The notes below the pieces were generated by a model that did no database searches, was not told the DNA's origin, and worked only from the letters and a program-made list of their open reading frames with translations. Source: a virus (lineage: Duplodnaviria > Heunggongvirae > Uroviricota > Caudoviricetes). From it: 38,769 bases of DNA. Location: the IMG/VR virus record IMGVR_UViG_2778261204_000005, positions 1 through 38,769 of that record; one strand, 5' to 3'. Position numbers and translations under genes: made by a program. Shown one piece after another: positions 18,151-28,725 of this stretch; positions within the stretch are counted from its first letter, which is position 1; each line of letters begins with the position of its first letter.

Positions 18151-18324
18151 TAGCGATAATTTTACTCATCATCCTTCACATCTGGCTCTGTAGACAGGAT
18201 GGTGATCACTTCTGGAGTGAATCCAGATTAAACATCTCATTGCTGATGCTTGAAGTTGAGCATCTGGCGCGCGGTAAGGGGCTGCGTTGAGATAAGAGCC
18301 AGTCATTACAAATACCAGGATTTA

Positions 18325-18350
18325 GCCTCGCATTCGCGGGGCTTTTTATT
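18325..18350 (+). terminator. rho-independent terminator after the lysis cassette
   Basis: GCCTCGC-ATTC-GCGGGGC followed by TTTTTATT. Confidence 0.6.
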
Positions 18351-18371
18351 CCCAACTCTATAGGTAATTTT

Positions 18372-18893
18372 ATGACCCAGCATATTGGCGTAAAACTGAT
18401 TAACGCCTTTCCGATGACGAGACAGGCATATAACGATTTTCGTGGCTGGCAGCTTCCTGCCGGAGAAAACGGCGAGGATGAAGGCTATCTGGTTGAATAT
18501 CTTGATGGCGGAAAACCTAACACCGATCGCTTTGATGGCTACGTTAGCTGGAGTCCAAAAGAAGTATTCGAAAAGGCTTATCGTCCGGTATCAGGGCTAA
18601 GTTTCGGCCTTGCCATTGAAGCGCTCAAGTTGGGGAATAAAGTTTCCCGTGCTGGCTGGAATGGTAAGGGTATGTGGCTGGCATACGTTAAACCGTACAC
18701 TGAGGCTGTTCATACTGGCAGTACGCCTTGCTTTTGCAGTCGCGTCTTTGAGTTGCCTGAAGGTACGCATGGAGAATCGAAACGATCTCCGAAACAACTT
18801 CCGTATATCGCCATGAAAACAGCGGACGATAAATTAGTGCCGTGGCTGGCTAGTCAGACTGATGTTCTAGCAGAAGACTGGCAAATCATTTAA
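18372..18893 (+). CDS. two-domain accessory protein; C-terminal half resembles DUF2829 (family recalled to include Tad2 anti-Thoeris sponges)
   Basis: C-terminal GWNGKGMW ... PW.ASQTD.LAEDW signature; family assignment from memory, unverified. Confidence 0.45.
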   Translation: MTQHIGVKLINAFPMTRQAYNDFRGWQLPAGENGEDEGYLVEYLDGGKPNTDRFDGYVSWSPKEVFEKAYRPVSGLSFGLAIEALKLGNKVSRAGWNGKGMWLAYVKPYTEAVHTGSTPCFCSRVFELPEGTHGESKRSPKQLPYIAMKTADDKLVPWLASQTDVLAEDWQII

Positions 18894-19124
18894 CCATGTA
18901 GCCATTACAAAGCCCATCTACTGGTGGGCTTGATAATGAAACCGGAATTTATTCTGGGCAACCAGTTACGGCAGTACCACGAAACAACCCAAGCCAGTAA
19001 GTGGGGAAATAACACTGGCAGCCACTGAAAGATGAACCTCCTGCCTTATGGCAAAAAAGATTCTTTGTGGTGGCGGACTGATGGAAAGACATCCTAATTT
19101 CAGCCAAACATTGAAGGAGTTGTT

Positions 19125-19196
19125 ATGTCAGCAGAAGGTTTCAATAACCCATCAAAATTCCGGGATGAGTGGGATAGCAGCGTAAAGAGTAAGTGA
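19125..19196 (+). CDS. 23-aa small ORF (MSAEGFNNPSKFRDEWDSSVKSK), paralog of 19544..19615
   Basis: AAGGAG RBS; peptide conserved with the second copy; found by hand translation. Confidence 0.45.
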   Translation: MSAEGFNNPSKFRDEWDSSVKSK

Positions 19197-19298
19197 TGCC
19201 ATCACAAAAGCCATTCCCTACAGAGTGGCTTTGATGGCTTATACCCTACACGGGATAGCTTAACTGATATCCCTTTTAACGGATAAACGGAGCCAACA

Positions 19299-19541
19299 AT
19301 GGCAGAGATTATTCCCATGACTGAAGAACAGAAATTCCAGTTAGAGATTTACAAACTGGTCATGAACCAGAACGCAGCCGCAGAGGAAGCATTTCAGTTC
19401 ATTGGCACTGACGAGCTGAAGCTTGAGCTATTTAAAATTCACTTCCAGTCAGGCGGCGCTAACTCAGATATCACGACCCGCACTATCGAAGCGGTACGTA
19501 AATCGAAGGAAGCGTTAGACCTGTTCACTACGGGAGCGTAA
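19299..19541 (+). CDS. hypothetical 80-aa acidic protein
   Basis: ORF with GGAG RBS, flanked by the two small paralogous ORFs. Confidence 0.5.
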   Translation: MAEIIPMTEEQKFQLEIYKLVMNQNAAAEEAFQFIGTDELKLELFKIHFQSGGANSDITTRTIEAVRKSKEALDLFTTGA

Positions 19542-19543
19542 AC

Positions 19544-19615
19544 ATGGCAACTCAAGGTTTCGACAACCCATCCAAATTCCGCGATGAATGGGATAAGCAA
19601 GCAGAAGGGAAATAA
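19544..19615 (+). CDS. 23-aa small ORF (MATQGFDNPSKFRDEWDKQAEGK), paralog of 19125..19196
   Basis: Starts 2 nt after orf80 stop, ends 5 nt before terS ATG; GGGAG RBS. Confidence 0.45.
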   Translation: MATQGFDNPSKFRDEWDKQAEGK

Positions 19616-19620
19616 TCAAT

Positions 19621-20046
19621 ATGGCGACTGAGAAAAAGAAAGGTGGTCGCCCCTCTGATTATATGCCGGAGGTGGCTAATGACATTTGCGCATTGCTTTC
19701 CTCCGGTGAGAGTCTGCGCAAAGTTTGCGAACGCCCAGGAATGCCGAGCAAAACATCAGTTTTTCGCTGGCTGGCTGAACATCAGGAGTTTCGTGACCAG
19801 TACGCGAAGGCAACAGAGACTCGGGCCGACTCTATTTTCGAAGAGATATTCGAAATTGCTGACGACGTAATCCCTGATGCCGCCGAGGTGGCAAAGGCAA
19901 GACTTCGCGTTGATACCCGCAAATGGGCGCTGGCCAGAATGAATCCCCGTAAGTATGGCGACAAGGTAACTAATGAGCTTGTCGGCAAAGACGGCGGCGC
20001 AATCCAGATTGAAACATCACCGATGAGCACTCTGTTCGGAAAATGA
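19621..20046 (+). CDS. terminase small subunit (Sf6 gp1-type)
   Basis: Recognised as Sf6 gp1-like TerS; precedes large terminase with 4-nt overlap. Confidence 0.85.
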   Translation: MATEKKKGGRPSDYMPEVANDICALLSSGESLRKVCERPGMPSKTSVFRWLAEHQEFRDQYAKATETRADSIFEEIFEIADDVIPDAAEVAKARLRVDTRKWALARMNPRKYGDKVTNELVGKDGGAIQIETSPMSTLFGK

Positions 20047-21455
20047 CCTCGATTAATCCTATCTTTGAACCGTTCATTGAGGCGCATCGCTACAAAGTCG
20101 CCAAAGGCGGTCGAGGTAGCGGTAAGTCATGGGCAATCGCGAGACTGCTTGTTGAAGCGGCGCGTCGGCAGCCAGTGCGTATTCTCTGCGCTCGTGAACT
20201 GCAAAACAGTATCAGCGATTCGGTAATCCGGTTGCTTGAAGACACTATCGAGCGTGAAGGGTATTCGGCTGAGTTTGAAATTCAGCGTTCCATGATTCGT
20301 CATCTCGGAACGAATGCTGAGTTCATGTTCTACGGCATCAAAAACAACCCGACGAAGATTAAATCGCTAGAAGGCATTGATATCTGCTGGGTGGAAGAAG
20401 CGGAAGCGGTAACGAAGGAATCATGGGATATCCTGATCCCAACCATCCGTAAGCCGTTCTCTGAAATATGGGTGAGCTTTAACCCGAAGAACATACTCGA
20501 CGATACCTATCAGCGGTTCGTTGTAAATCCTCCCGATGATATTTGCCTGCTGACGGTGAACTACACCGACAACCCGCATTTTCCTGAAGTTCTCCGTCTG
20601 GAGATGGAAGAGTGTAAACGCAGAAATCCGACACTGTATCGTCACATCTGGCTTGGTGAGCCAGTAAGCGCAAGTGATATGGCAATCATCAAACGTGAAT
20701 GGCTTGAAGCCGCAACCGATGCGCACAAGAAACTCGGATGGAAAGCGAAAGGCGCGGTTGTTTCTGCACATGACCCGTCAGATACAGGGCCGGATGCTAA
20801 AGGTTACGCATCGCGTCACGGTTCGGTGGTTAAGCGCATTGCCGAAGGTCTGCTGATGGACATCAACGAGGGTGCTGACTGGGCTACTTCGCTGGCGATT
20901 GAAGACGGCGCTGACCATTACCTGTGGGATGGTGATGGTGTTGGTGCGGGGCTACGCAGACAGACAACGGAAGCGTTCTCCGGCAAGAAAATCACCGCCA
21001 CGATGTTCAAGGGCAGCGAATCGCCATTCGATGAAGATGCACCATATCAGGCCGGAGCATGGGCCGATGAAGTCGTACAGGGCGACAACGTTCGTACTAT
21101 TGGCGATGTATTCCGCAATAAGCGAGCGCAATTCTATTACGCGCTGGCTGACAGGCTGTATCTGACATATCGGGCGGTTGTCCACGGTGAGTATGCAGAC
21201 CCCGACGACATGCTGAGTTTCGACAAAGAAGCAATAGGCGAGAAGATGCTGGAGAAGCTGTTTGCAGAACTTACGCAGATTCAGCGCAAATTCAATAACA
21301 ACGGGAAGCTGGAGCTAATGACTAAGGTCGAAATGAAGCAGAAGCTCGGTATTCCATCTCCTAACCTGGCTGATGCGCTGATGATGTGTATGCATTGCCC
21401 GGCATTGGTTCGCGAAGAAACAGAAATATACGTTCCCTCATCCTCCGGTTGGTAA
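20043..21455 (+). CDS. terminase large subunit (ATPase/nuclease)
   Basis: 470 aa, Walker A GGRGSGKS. Confidence 0.9.
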   Translation: MTSINPIFEPFIEAHRYKVAKGGRGSGKSWAIARLLVEAARRQPVRILCARELQNSISDSVIRLLEDTIEREGYSAEFEIQRSMIRHLGTNAEFMFYGIKNNPTKIKSLEGIDICWVEEAEAVTKESWDILIPTIRKPFSEIWVSFNPKNILDDTYQRFVVNPPDDICLLTVNYTDNPHFPEVLRLEMEECKRRNPTLYRHIWLGEPVSASDMAIIKREWLEAATDAHKKLGWKAKGAVVSAHDPSDTGPDAKGYASRHGSVVKRIAEGLLMDINEGADWATSLAIEDGADHYLWDGDGVGAGLRRQTTEAFSGKKITATMFKGSESPFDEDAPYQAGAWADEVVQGDNVRTIGDVFRNKRAQFYYALADRLYLTYRAVVHGEYADPDDMLSFDKEAIGEKMLEKLFAELTQIQRKFNNNGKLELMTKVEMKQKLGIPSPNLADALMMCMHCPALVREETEIYVPSSSGW

Positions 21456-21457
21456 AC

Positions 21458-23584
21458 ATGGCAGAGACATTAGAGAAAAAACATGAGCGGATCATGCTCA
21501 GGTTTGACCGCGCCTATTCTCCACAGCAGGAAGTGCGCGAAAAGTGCATTGAAGCTACGAGGTTTGCTCGTGTCCCCGGAGGTCAATGGGAAGGAGCAAC
21601 GGCGGCTGGAACTAAGCTTGATGAGCAGTTCGAGAAGTATCCTAAGTTTGAAATCAATAAGGTAGCAACTGAACTTAACCGCATCATTGCAGAATACCGC
21701 AATAACAGAATCACCGTTAAGTTTCGTCCTGGTGACAGAGAGGCAAGCGAAGAGTTAGCCAATAAATTAAATGGTCTGTTCCGTGCTGACTACGAAGAAA
21801 CTGATGGCGGTGAGGCTTGCGATAATGCATTTGACGACGCTGCTACTGGTGGTTTCGGTTGCTTCCGTTTGACGTCGATGCTGGTCAATGAATACGACCC
21901 CATGGACGATCGTCAGCGTATTGCTATTGAACCAATATACGACCCGTCGCGCTCTGTGTGGTTTGACCCTGACGCTAAGAAGTACGACAAATCTGACGCG
22001 TTGTGGGCGTTCTGCATGTATTCGTTGTCACCTGAAAAATATGAGGCTGAATACGGAAAGAAACCTCCTGCTTCTCTGGATGTAACGTCTATGAACAGTT
22101 GGGAATATGACTGGTTTGATGCAGATGTTATTTACATAGCGAAGTATTACGAAGTTCGTAAAGAGTCTGTTGACGTCATCAGTTATCGACATCCAATCAC
22201 TGGAGAGATTGCAACATACGACAGTGATCAGGTTGAAGATATTGAAGATGAACTGGCAATAGCTGGATTTCAGGAAGTGGCAAGGCGCTCAGTGAAGCGC
22301 CGTCGTGTGTATGTATCCGTAGTGGATGGTGATGGTTTCCTTGAGAAACCTCGACGTATTCCTGGTGAGCATATCCCCCTCATCCCGGTTTATGGAAAAC
22401 GCTGGTTCATTGATGACATTGAGCGTGTCGAAGGGCACATTGCAAAAGCAATGGATCCGCAGCGTTTGTACAACCTTCAGGTTTCAATGCTGGCTGATAC
22501 TGCAGCGCAAGACCCCGGTCAGATCCCTATAGTTGGCATGGAGCAAATTCGTGGACTTGAGAAGCACTGGGAGGCTCGCAACAAGAAACGCCCAGCGTTC
22601 TTGCCGTTGCGCGAAGTGAGAGATAAATCTGGCAACATTATCGCTGGAGCTACCCCGGCAGGATATACACAGCCTGCGGTTATGAATCAGGCATTGGCTG
22701 CATTACTACAGCAAACCAGTGCTGATATTCAGGAGGTTACAGGCGGCAGTCAGGCCATGCAGCAGATGCCAAGTAATATTGCTCAGGAAACGGTTAACAA
22801 CTTGATGAACAGAGCAGATATGGCTTCGTTTATCTATCTGGACAATATGGCGAAAAGTCTTAAACGCGCTGGTGAAGTATGGCTGTCAATGGCGCGTGAA
22901 GTGTACGGTTCAGAACGTGAAGTGCGCATCGTTAACGAAGATGGAAGTGATGATATCGCAGTCCTGAGCGCACAGGTTGTTGACAGGCAAACAGGGGCTG
23001 TTGTTGCGTTAAATGACCTTTCTGTCGGTCGATACGATGTGACGGTTGATGTTGGACCAAGCTACACAGCACGACGTGATGCAACGGTTTCTGTACTGAC
23101 AAATGTCCTTAGCTCTATGCTTCCAACAGACCCAATGCGCCCGGCAATTCAGGGTATTATTCTGGACAATATCGATGGCGAAGGCCTTGATGACTTCAAA
23201 GAGTACAACCGAAACCAACTGCTGATATCTGGTATTGCAAAACCACGCAATGAGAAAGAGCAGCAGATTGTTCAACAGGCGCAAATGGCAGCACAAAGCC
23301 AGCCAAATCCTGAAATGGTTCTCGCTCAGGCGCAAATGGTAGCAGCGCAGGCAGAAGCGCAAAAAGCAACTAACGAAACTGCTCAAACTCAAATCAAAGC
23401 ATTTACTGCCCAGCAGGATGCGATGGAGAGTCAGGCAAACACTGTCTATAAACTGGCTCAAGCCAGAAACATCGATGACAAAGCAGTGATGGAGGCAATA
23501 CGCCTTCTGAAAGATGTCGCCGAGTCACAACAACAGCAATTCCAGTCACCACCACAGTCACCGGCAGACTTAATGCCGAGTTAA
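21458..23584 (+). CDS. portal protein (P22 gp1-type)
   Basis: Start set at ATG 2 nt after terL stop (MAETLEKKHERIMLRFD); track ORF has an upstream extension. Confidence 0.85.
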   Translation: MAETLEKKHERIMLRFDRAYSPQQEVREKCIEATRFARVPGGQWEGATAAGTKLDEQFEKYPKFEINKVATELNRIIAEYRNNRITVKFRPGDREASEELANKLNGLFRADYEETDGGEACDNAFDDAATGGFGCFRLTSMLVNEYDPMDDRQRIAIEPIYDPSRSVWFDPDAKKYDKSDALWAFCMYSLSPEKYEAEYGKKPPASLDVTSMNSWEYDWFDADVIYIAKYYEVRKESVDVISYRHPITGEIATYDSDQVEDIEDELAIAGFQEVARRSVKRRRVYVSVVDGDGFLEKPRRIPGEHIPLIPVYGKRWFIDDIERVEGHIAKAMDPQRLYNLQVSMLADTAAQDPGQIPIVGMEQIRGLEKHWEARNKKRPAFLPLREVRDKSGNIIAGATPAGYTQPAVMNQALAALLQQTSADIQEVTGGSQAMQQMPSNIAQETVNNLMNRADMASFIYLDNMAKSLKRAGEVWLSMAREVYGSEREVRIVNEDGSDDIAVLSAQVVDRQTGAVVALNDLSVGRYDVTVDVGPSYTARRDATVSVLTNVLSSMLPTDPMRPAIQGIILDNIDGEGLDDFKEYNRNQLLISGIAKPRNEKEQQIVQQAQMAAQSQPNPEMVLAQAQMVAAQAEAQKATNETAQTQIKAFTAQQDAMESQANTVYKLAQARNIDDKAVMEAIRLLKDVAESQQQQFQSPPQSPADLMPS

Positions 23585-23597
23585 CCAGGAGTAATCA

Positions 23598-24482
23598 ATG
23601 GAAAACGAACTGATCATCGACGGTCAGGTTATTGACCTGTCTGAAACACAGGAAAATGCAGAAGAAACCATCATCCAAACAGAGTCACAGCCTGAGAATG
23701 AAAGCCAGGATGACAACGGTAAAGAGGTGGCAACTGAGCCTGAAAAAACCGAAGAGACACCAGAAGATTACGCCTTGCGTATTGGTGATGAAGAAATTCA
23801 GCTTAACGCTGACGATGATGATCACATTGACGGGCAACCTGCACCGCAATGGGTGAAAGATCTTCGCAAAGGCTTCAAAGAAACACAGAAAGAAAACCGT
23901 GAGTTGCGACGCCAGCTTGAGGAAGCATTAGCCAAGCCTGCGGAACATCAGCAACCACAACCAGACGCTATTCCACCAAAACCGACTCTTGAGTCGTGTG
24001 ATTATGACGAACAGGCGTTTGAACAGGCATTGACTGATTGGCATGAGAAAAAAGGCCGTGTCGAACAGCAGCAGCAACAAAAACTACGTCAGCAACAGGA
24101 ATACCAACAGCGTTTCCAGCAAAGGGTAGAAGCGCATAAACAACGGGCAGCCAAACTTCCTGTGAAAGATTATCAGGAAATGGAGGCCATTGTTCTTAGT
24201 GAGCTACCACCAATTCAGCAGGAAATCATCATTCACTGTGCAGACGAAGGCTCTGAACTACTCGCCTATGGCTTAGGTAAGAGCCAGCAATTACGCCAGC
24301 GTGTAGCCGCTGAGACAGATCCAATTCGCGCAGCATTCCTCTTGGGGCAGATTAGCAAACAGGTAAGCCTTGCTCCAAAACCAAAGAAAGCCATCAAGCC
24401 AGAGCCGGAAGTACGTGGTGGCGGTGCTGATGCGAAACAAGACGAATTCAACAAATTATGCCCCGGCGCAAAAATCGAATAA
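23598..24482 (+). CDS. scaffolding protein
   Basis: Acidic, Q-rich helical protein between portal and coat. Confidence 0.75.
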   Translation: MENELIIDGQVIDLSETQENAEETIIQTESQPENESQDDNGKEVATEPEKTEETPEDYALRIGDEEIQLNADDDDHIDGQPAPQWVKDLRKGFKETQKENRELRRQLEEALAKPAEHQQPQPDAIPPKPTLESCDYDEQAFEQALTDWHEKKGRVEQQQQQKLRQQQEYQQRFQQRVEAHKQRAAKLPVKDYQEMEAIVLSELPPIQQEIIIHCADEGSELLAYGLGKSQQLRQRVAAETDPIRAAFLLGQISKQVSLAPKPKKAIKPEPEVRGGGADAKQDEFNKLCPGAKIE

Positions 24483-24493
24483 GGAAAAGATAA

Positions 24494-25765
24494 ATGCCTA
24501 ACAATCTCGACAGTAACGTCAGTCAAATCGTTCTGAAAAAATTCCTTCCGGGTTTTATGTCAGATTTAGTTCTGGCGAAAACCGTAGACCGTCAGTTGCT
24601 GGCAGGTGAAATCAACTCCAGCACTGGCGATAGCGTTAGCTTTAAACGTCAGCATCAATTCTCATCCCTCCGTACTCCCACTGGTGATATTTCAGGGCAA
24701 AATAAAAACAACCTGATCTCAGGTAAAGCTACGGGGCGTGTAGGTAACTACATCACTGTTGCTGTTGAATATCAGCAACTGGAGGAAGCGATCAAGCTTA
24801 ACCAACTGGAAGAAATTCTCGCGCCGGTTCGCCAGCGAATCGTTACCGACCTTGAAACAGAGCTTGCTCACTTCATGATGAATAACGGTGCGTTGTCACT
24901 TGGTAGCCCCAATACTCCAATCACCAAATGGTCTGATGTTGCGCAGACGGCATCTTTCCTGAAAGACCTCGGCGTTAATGAAGGTGAAAACTATGCTGTA
25001 ATGGATCCATGGTCTGCACAGCGACTTGCTGATGCGCAGACTGGTTTGCATGCTTCAGATCAATTGGTTCGTACTGCATGGGAGAACGCACAGATCCCAA
25101 CCAATTTTGGCGGCATTCGCGCACTGATGTCTAATGGGCTTGCCTCTCGTACGCAGGGGGCATTTGGCGGAACACTGACAGTCAAAACACAGCCAACTGT
25201 TACCTATAACGCAGTTAAAGACTCATACCAGTTCACTGTAACATTGACCGGAGCGACAGCCAGCGTTACAGGTTTTCTGAAAGCTGGTGATCAGGTTAAA
25301 TTCACCAATACCTACTGGCTGCAACAGCAGACCAAACAGGCGTTGTATAACGGAGCCACACCAATTAGCTTCACTGCAACGGTTACTGCTGATGCTAATT
25401 CAGACAGCAGTGGCGATGTGACGGTTACGCTTTCTGGTGTTCCGATTTATGACACTACAAACCCGCAGTACAACTCTGTAAGTCGTCAGGTAGCGGCAGG
25501 CGATGCCGTATCTGTAGTAGGCACTGCTAGCCAGACAATGAAGCCAAACCTGTTCTATAACAAGTTCTTCTGTGGACTTGGCTCTATCCCACTGCCGAAA
25601 CTGCACAGTATTGATTCTGCTGTTGCAACATATGAAGGTTTCTCCATCCGCGTACATAAATACGCAGATGGCGATGCCAACGTGCAAAAAATGCGCTTTG
25701 ACTTACTGCCTGCATATGTGTGCTTTAACCCTCACATGGGCGGTCAGTTCTTCGGTAATCCGTAA
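24494..25765 (+). CDS. major capsid (coat) protein, P22/Sf6-type
   Basis: 423 aa, position and size as Sf6 coat; followed by strong terminator. Confidence 0.85.
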   Translation: MPNNLDSNVSQIVLKKFLPGFMSDLVLAKTVDRQLLAGEINSSTGDSVSFKRQHQFSSLRTPTGDISGQNKNNLISGKATGRVGNYITVAVEYQQLEEAIKLNQLEEILAPVRQRIVTDLETELAHFMMNNGALSLGSPNTPITKWSDVAQTASFLKDLGVNEGENYAVMDPWSAQRLADAQTGLHASDQLVRTAWENAQIPTNFGGIRALMSNGLASRTQGAFGGTLTVKTQPTVTYNAVKDSYQFTVTLTGATASVTGFLKAGDQVKFTNTYWLQQQTKQALYNGATPISFTATVTADANSDSSGDVTVTLSGVPIYDTTNPQYNSVSRQVAAGDAVSVVGTASQTMKPNLFYNKFFCGLGSIPLPKLHSIDSAVATYEGFSIRVHKYADGDANVQKMRFDLLPAYVCFNPHMGGQFFGNP

Positions 25766-25769
25766 TAAC

Positions 25770-25796
25770 AAGGGGCTTACGCCCCTTTTATGTTTT
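25770..25796 (+). terminator. rho-independent terminator after coat gene
   Basis: AAGGGGC-TTAC-GCCCCTT followed by TTATGTTTT. Confidence 0.65.
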
Positions 25797-25807
25797 AAGG
25801 AAACAAT

Positions 25808-25993
25808 ATGGATCGCATGAGTGTATTCCTTGCCGCAGATAACGAATCCGGGCATGTACAGGCCGTTATCGCAGAAAAAGACTTCCAGCTTTTCGAAAAG
25901 TTGGGCTTTGTTGCCTCAGTTGATGAATTGAAACCGACCAGTAAGCGAGGTCGTAAGGCGGCAGACAATGGCAACAGTACTGACAAAGGGTGA
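25808..25993 (+). CDS. hypothetical small protein between coat and gp4
   Basis: 61-aa ORF with GGA RBS. Confidence 0.4.
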   Translation: MDRMSVFLAADNESGHVQAVIAEKDFQLFEKLGFVASVDELKPTSKRGRKAADNGNSTDKG

Positions 25994-26450
25994 GATCGTC
26001 CTTTTTGCGCTTCGTAAGTTTGCTATTGCTTCTAATGCATCGCTGACTGATGTTGAGCCGCAATCAATTGAAGATGGTGTAAATGATCTGGAAGATATGA
26101 TGTCCGAGTGGATGATTAACCCAGGCGACATTGGTTACGCTTTCGCAACTGGAGATGAGCAGCCATTACCAGATGATGAGTCAGGTCTTCCAAGAAAATA
26201 CAAACACGCAGTAGGCTATCAGTTATTGCTGAGAATGCTATCTGATTACAGTCTTGAGCCAACTCCGCAAGTTCTCAGTAACGCCCAACGCTCATATGAT
26301 GCCTTGATGACCGACACTCTGGTTGTTCCTTCAATGCGACGACGTGGAGATTTTCCTGTAGGACAGGGTAATAAATATGACGTGTTCACATCTGACCGAT
26401 ATTATCCAGGCGATCTCCATCTGATTGATGGCGATATCCCAAACGCATAG
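25968..26450 (+). CDS. head completion / tail adaptor protein (P22 gp4-type)
   Basis: LTDVEPQS and overall similarity to P22 gp4. Confidence 0.75.
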   Translation: MATVLTKGEIVLFALRKFAIASNASLTDVEPQSIEDGVNDLEDMMSEWMINPGDIGYAFATGDEQPLPDDESGLPRKYKHAVGYQLLLRMLSDYSLEPTPQVLSNAQRSYDALMTDTLVVPSMRRRGDFPVGQGNKYDVFTSDRYYPGDLHLIDGDIPNA

Positions 26451-26458
26451 GTGAATAA

Positions 26459-27877
26459 ATGCCTATTCAGCAACTTCCGCTTATGAAAGGTGTCGGCAAA
26501 GACTTCCGAAACGCCGACTATATCGACTATCTGCCAGTGAATATGTTGGCTACACCCAAAGAAATCCTGAACAGCAGCGGATATCTTCGCTCATTCCCGG
26601 GCATTGCCAAACGTTCTGATGTGAACGGTATATCGCGCGGCGTCGAGTACAACATGGCGCAGAATGCTGTCTATCGCGTATGTGGTGGCAAGCTGTACAA
26701 AGGAGAAAGCGAGGTCGGTGATGTTGCCGGAAGTGGTCGCGTATCAATGGCGCATGGTCGGACATCACAGGCGGTAGGCGTTAACGGTCAACTGGTCGAG
26801 TATCGCTATGATGGCACGGTTAAAACCGTCTCAAACTGGCCTACAGACAGCGGATTCACGCAGTATGAGTTAGGTTCGGTTCGCGACATTACGCGTTTAC
26901 GTGGGCGTTATGCGTGGTCAAAAGACGGCACTGATTCATGGTTTATCACTGACCTTGAAGACGAATCGCATCCTGACCGTTACAGCGCACAATATCGTGC
27001 CGAGTCTCAGCCGGACGGCATCATCGGTATCGGGACATGGCGAGACTTCATCGTCTGCTTTGGTTCATCGACTATTGAATATTTCTCCCTGACTGGCGCA
27101 ACCACCGTTGGTGCTGCTTTGTATGTCGCACAGCCATCACTGATGGTGCAAAAAGGCATCGCCGGGACTTACTGCAAAACGCCGTTTGCTGATTCGTATG
27201 CGTTCATCAGCAATCCGGCAACGGGTGCGCCGTCTGTGTATATCATCGGCTCCGGTCAGGTGTCACCAATTGCCAGCGCGAGCATTGAGAAAATCCTCCG
27301 CTCCTACACTGCTGATGAACTGGCTGATGGTGTGATGGAATCGCTGCGGTTTGATGCTCATGAGTTGCTGATTATCCACCTTCCTCGCCATGTTCTCGTG
27401 TACGACGCATCTTCAAGCGCCAATGGTCCGCAATGGTGTGTACTGAAAACAGGCTTGTATGACGATGTGTACCGCGCTATCGACTTCATTTACGAAGGAA
27501 ATCAGATAACGTGCGGCGATAAGCTGGAATCGGTGACCGGGAAATTGCAGTTCGATATCAGCAGTCAGTATGGGCTTCAACAGGAACACCTGCTGTTTAC
27601 TCCACTGTTCAAAGCGGATAACGCCAGATGCTTCGATCTGGAGGTGGAATCATCCACTGGCGTAGCTCAGTACGCCGACCGCCTGTTCCTCTCTGCAACC
27701 ACTGACGGCATCAATTACGGGCGTGAGCAGATGATTGAGCAGAATGAACCGTTCGTTTATGACAAACGTGTTTTGTGGAAGCGAGTCGGGCGCATCAGGA
27801 AAAATGTCGGCTTCAAATTGCGCGTTATCACGAAGTCACCTGTCACTCTGTCTGGCTGCCAGATAAGGATTGAGTAA
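26459..27877 (+). CDS. tail hub protein (P22 gp10-type)
   Basis: 472 aa, position after gp4. Confidence 0.75.
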   Translation: MPIQQLPLMKGVGKDFRNADYIDYLPVNMLATPKEILNSSGYLRSFPGIAKRSDVNGISRGVEYNMAQNAVYRVCGGKLYKGESEVGDVAGSGRVSMAHGRTSQAVGVNGQLVEYRYDGTVKTVSNWPTDSGFTQYELGSVRDITRLRGRYAWSKDGTDSWFITDLEDESHPDRYSAQYRAESQPDGIIGIGTWRDFIVCFGSSTIEYFSLTGATTVGAALYVAQPSLMVQKGIAGTYCKTPFADSYAFISNPATGAPSVYIIGSGQVSPIASASIEKILRSYTADELADGVMESLRFDAHELLIIHLPRHVLVYDASSSANGPQWCVLKTGLYDDVYRAIDFIYEGNQITCGDKLESVTGKLQFDISSQYGLQQEHLLFTPLFKADNARCFDLEVESSTGVAQYADRLFLSATTDGINYGREQMIEQNEPFVYDKRVLWKRVGRIRKNVGFKLRVITKSPVTLSGCQIRIE

Positions 27878-28725
27878 TGGCGGATTCGAATCTCAATGTG
27901 CCGGTAATCATTCAGGCTACACGACTCGACACATCAGTCCTTCCGCGTAATATCTTCTCGCAGTCATATCTGCTGTACGTTATTGCACAGGGTACTGATG
28001 TTGGTAATGTGGCTAACAAGGCCAACGAGGCCGGACAGGGCGCTTATGACGCACAAGTCAGGAACGATGAGCAGGATGTGATTCTCGCTGACCATGAGCA
28101 GCGAATTTCTGCTGCGGAAGCAACGCTTGTTAATCATGAGGAGCGAATCAGCCAGGCAGAATCAACTCTTCAGGAACATGAAACGCGAATCGCTCAGAAT
28201 GAAAGCGATATTGCGTCGCTTGATACCAGAGTTCAGTCGCTGGAATCGCAGGTTTCAGACCATGAAACGCGCATCGATGCTCTTGAGTATGCCACTACGC
28301 GCAAGAAGTCAGAGGTTGTTTACTCTGGCGTATCTGTAACCATCCCGACAGCGCCGACCAACCTTGTTAGCCTGCTGAAAACGCTCACGCCGTCATCCGG
28401 CACGTTGGCACCATTCTTCGACACTGTTAACAACAAGATGGTTGTGTTCAACGAGAACAAAACCTTGTTCTTCAAGCTGTCGATTGTCGGGACGTGGCCC
28501 AGTGGAACCGCAAACAGGTCAATGCAGCTAACCTTTTCCGGCTCTGTTCCTGACACACTTGTGAGCAGTCGTAATGCGGCGACAACAACCGATAACATCC
28601 TGTTAGCTACGTTCTTCAGCGTGGATAAAGACGGCTTTCTTGCCACAAATGGCAGTACGTTAACCATTCAGTCAAATGGTGCGGCGTTTACTGCCACAAC
28701 CATCAAAATCATTGCGGAGCAGTGA
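27877..28725 (+). CDS. tail needle protein (gp26-type, Sf6-like knob)
   Basis: N-terminal gp26-like region, trimeric coiled-coil heptads, C-terminal knob-length extension (282 aa). Confidence 0.75.
   Translation: MADSNLNVPVIIQATRLDTSVLPRNIFSQSYLLYVIAQGTDVGNVANKANEAGQGAYDAQVRNDEQDVILADHEQRISAAEATLVNHEERISQAESTLQEHETRIAQNESDIASLDTRVQSLESQVSDHETRIDALEYATTRKKSEVVYSGVSVTIPTAPTNLVSLLKTLTPSSGTLAPFFDTVNNKMVVFNENKTLFFKLSIVGTWPSGTANRSMQLTFSGSVPDTLVSSRNAATTTDNILLATFFSVDKDGFLATNGSTLTIQSNGAAFTATTIKIIAEQ

Noticed and set aside
23598-24482. Q/E-rich repetitive stretch in the scaffold gene considered as a DNA repeat element
   Set aside because: Low-complexity coding sequence typical of scaffolding proteins, not a repeat array.
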